A stretch of 64,000 bases of DNA, from assembly GCA_043228905.1 (NCBI GenBank), contig JBHGNT010000015.1:744001-808000 (forward strand). The letters run 5' to 3'. The DNA is from Azolla caroliniana. Taxonomy: Eukaryota; Plantae; Polypodiophyta. The notes under the pieces were generated by a model. The model saw only the letters and a program-made list of their open reading frames with translations. It was not told where the DNA came from and did no database searches. The position numbers were made by a program, and so were the translations under genes. Numbering within the stretch: position 1 is the first letter of the stretch; the number at the start of each line of letters is the position of its first letter. Below are positions 61,701-64,000 of this stretch, piece by piece.

Positions 61701-64000
61701 TCAAACATATTAATGTGTTGCCTAGCTTCCATTAGCAAACTTCCTAAATGACTCCTAACCTTAATCTTAAATCTGGACACTTGATACAATAACAAGTTAA
61801 TCAAGTCTACTTAAATGTTAATCACATATAAATCAAAAGCACAAACAATAAATCACAAAATAAATGATACTAACCAATTTCTCGCATTACTTGACCTTTA
61901 AAAGCATGATTTTGCTCAAGCTTATGAAGATAATAATACAATAATTTATGAAACTTAAAGAGAATTAAGGAAGGCTAAAGAGAGAGATTAATGACTTTAG
62001 AGATGAGGGAGCTCTAGCTTCGAGGGGGGTAGAGAGAGAGAGAGAGAGAGTTCAAAAACTTAGAAGAATAATTATAAAAGTTCAAACTTTTTTTTTTCCA
62101 TAAAAGGAGCTACTTTCCCATTAGTTAGGAGATTTTTATAGAAAGGTTACACTAAGGTGGCTTATATATATATACATATATATCGGGGAATCACCCCCTG
62201 GCCGAGTTCCAAAATACGAGAAAGCAACTATGGCTACGTGCATATCCTCTCATATTTTCTACTTAATGTAAGTAGGTACCTAGAGCTATAAACATACATA
62301 TTTTCAAATGCATCGTTGGTCAGCACGAGCCTGATCCCCCGGCCCTTAACGAAGGGTGGGTGGGATGTGAGTTGGAAACAACAATCAATGTCTCTCTTTT
62401 TTAGTAGTCATATGTTCTTAAGTTTTTTAAGTGTTAGGCACACTTTTCCTTAGCCTTCAAGATATCTCCAATCTGGTTATAACCTCCCAGTGTCACAATA
62501 GACTGCACTCATTCCAAATATTGTTACCAGTAGGGATGCATAAATCTAGGGGCATATTATGTTCCTAAACATCCAGAATGACATGAACAATATAAAATGC
62601 TTATGGTGATTGTTGACAGATGCACATGGGCTTCATTGAAAGGTGTGTGATCTTATATATACGACCCTAGGTCCTTATTCTCGTTATGAAGTGATCATCT
62701 CTCTTGGCATTTTGCCTTTGCAATTGTCACGTGTGTATCAATAGCGTGGTCATGACAAACATCCGGGTAAATATTGACCTATTTGTTAGTAATGCCTCGT
62801 CTTAAGGCAAGATTATGTTAACCCTATTATTGGAGGCAATTGATATGTTTGCATTTACTTTGGTATTGCATTGATGGCATTTGCAATGTTTTGTTCTGAG
62901 TTGTGGATCCCAAGAGGGGTATAAAACTTAAGAGTCTCTATTGCTTCGGCTGATGGGATGATTTCTTTCAAATTGTTTATTCTATAATAACTCTTGATAC
63001 TGCCCTATAAAACAAATAAAAATAAAAATTCTTGATATCACCCTTTTGCATGCCCTCATCAATTGTGCTTTTCACATTACTTTGTGTACATGGAAGTTTG
63101 GAACTATGTATGAAAATTATACTCAACTTATGTGATGCCATATGACGATGCATTTTGAGCTAGATGAGCTTCATGATAGCAACATGTTGAAGGATCAATG
63201 CTCTAAACTACACAAATTATATGCATGACATCAAGAATGAACTCATGCCAAGAGTGTTTGTGTAAGGAGATGGGTTAATATTGAACATGGTAAATATGTG
63301 TAGAGAACTAACAACCTAAATGCTCTCAAACTTTTTTGGATGCGACAAATCATGTGTTATTATCACATTCTAATGGGGCATGGATTCAATCAACAAATGA
63401 TTGTATGCAACCATTTACTTGATTAGGGTATTAAGGTGGCTTCAAAATAAAATAAAAGGACATTTAGAAGCTAAGTTTTTGGCCAAAACAAAGGGATTTA
63501 TGTAAAGCATTTTTGTCGTTGGCTCAAAAGGAACAAGAAAAGGTAATCTTTGGTATAAATTCGGAAAGTTGAGAAAAAACATGTCTTGGACGTTTGCTAG
63601 TAGATAAGCACTTATAAGGTAAAGAAACATAAAGCAAATATGTGAATTTATTGTGACAAACATTATGGAAAGAGTGAAAACTCGTCAATGACAAAGAAGG
63701 TTTTAGATTATTTAATAGTATGTATTTTAGATTGTATTAGTTTATGCTATCGTGGGTCAAATTGCTTAAAGATGAGAACAAATATTGGTCGCATAGAAAT
63801 GTTTGTTTCATGGTATACTCATTGTTCAAATGAGAGTTATTTATTTGTGGTCAATTAATTCCAATAATGTCACAAAAGGATCTCAAAGTGAAATTCTTGT
63901 AAGTTGTAATACTCTCTGTGATTGGTGTGATTAAAGATGTCATCTTGTTGCATATTTGCCCCTTAATCATGAATTATTAGTTGCACATAGCCATTGGGCA

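Overview
AT-rich, intron-containing nuclear DNA from a land plant. A seed-free plant such as a fern is plausible from protein divergence and gene density, but that is inference. Six host genes can be assembled by hand from splice signals: a PUB62/63-like U-box protein (+, 6262-10602, one GC-AG intron), a TRIPP-like TRAPPII subunit (+, 13696-20615), TFIIF beta/RAP30 (+, 26237-29830), intronless SDHAF4 (-, 31650-32045), an Lsi2-type silicon efflux transporter (-, 40170-42260) and cohesin SCC3/STAG (-, 47849-54230). The rest is decayed mobile DNA (LINE, Ty1/copia and Ty3/gypsy chromovirus pieces, hAT-type MITEs, tRNA-derived SINE heads), microsatellites and many short tandem duplications. No prokaryotic-type system or CRISPR array is present, and I cannot claim a new biological system. 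The best leads are five: (1) a 449-bp TIR element in the U-box gene intron that keeps an open MULE/FAR1-type DNA-binding ORF; (2) a duplicated SCC3 splice acceptor that could act as a poison site; (3) a miRNA-like 117-bp hairpin plus a telomere-like 21-bp array upstream of SCC3; (4) a mitochondrial-type trnF fragment; (5) a ~1.4-kb inverted repeat inside a nested LTR-retrotransposon cluster. Family assignments rest on remembered motifs, not database searches.
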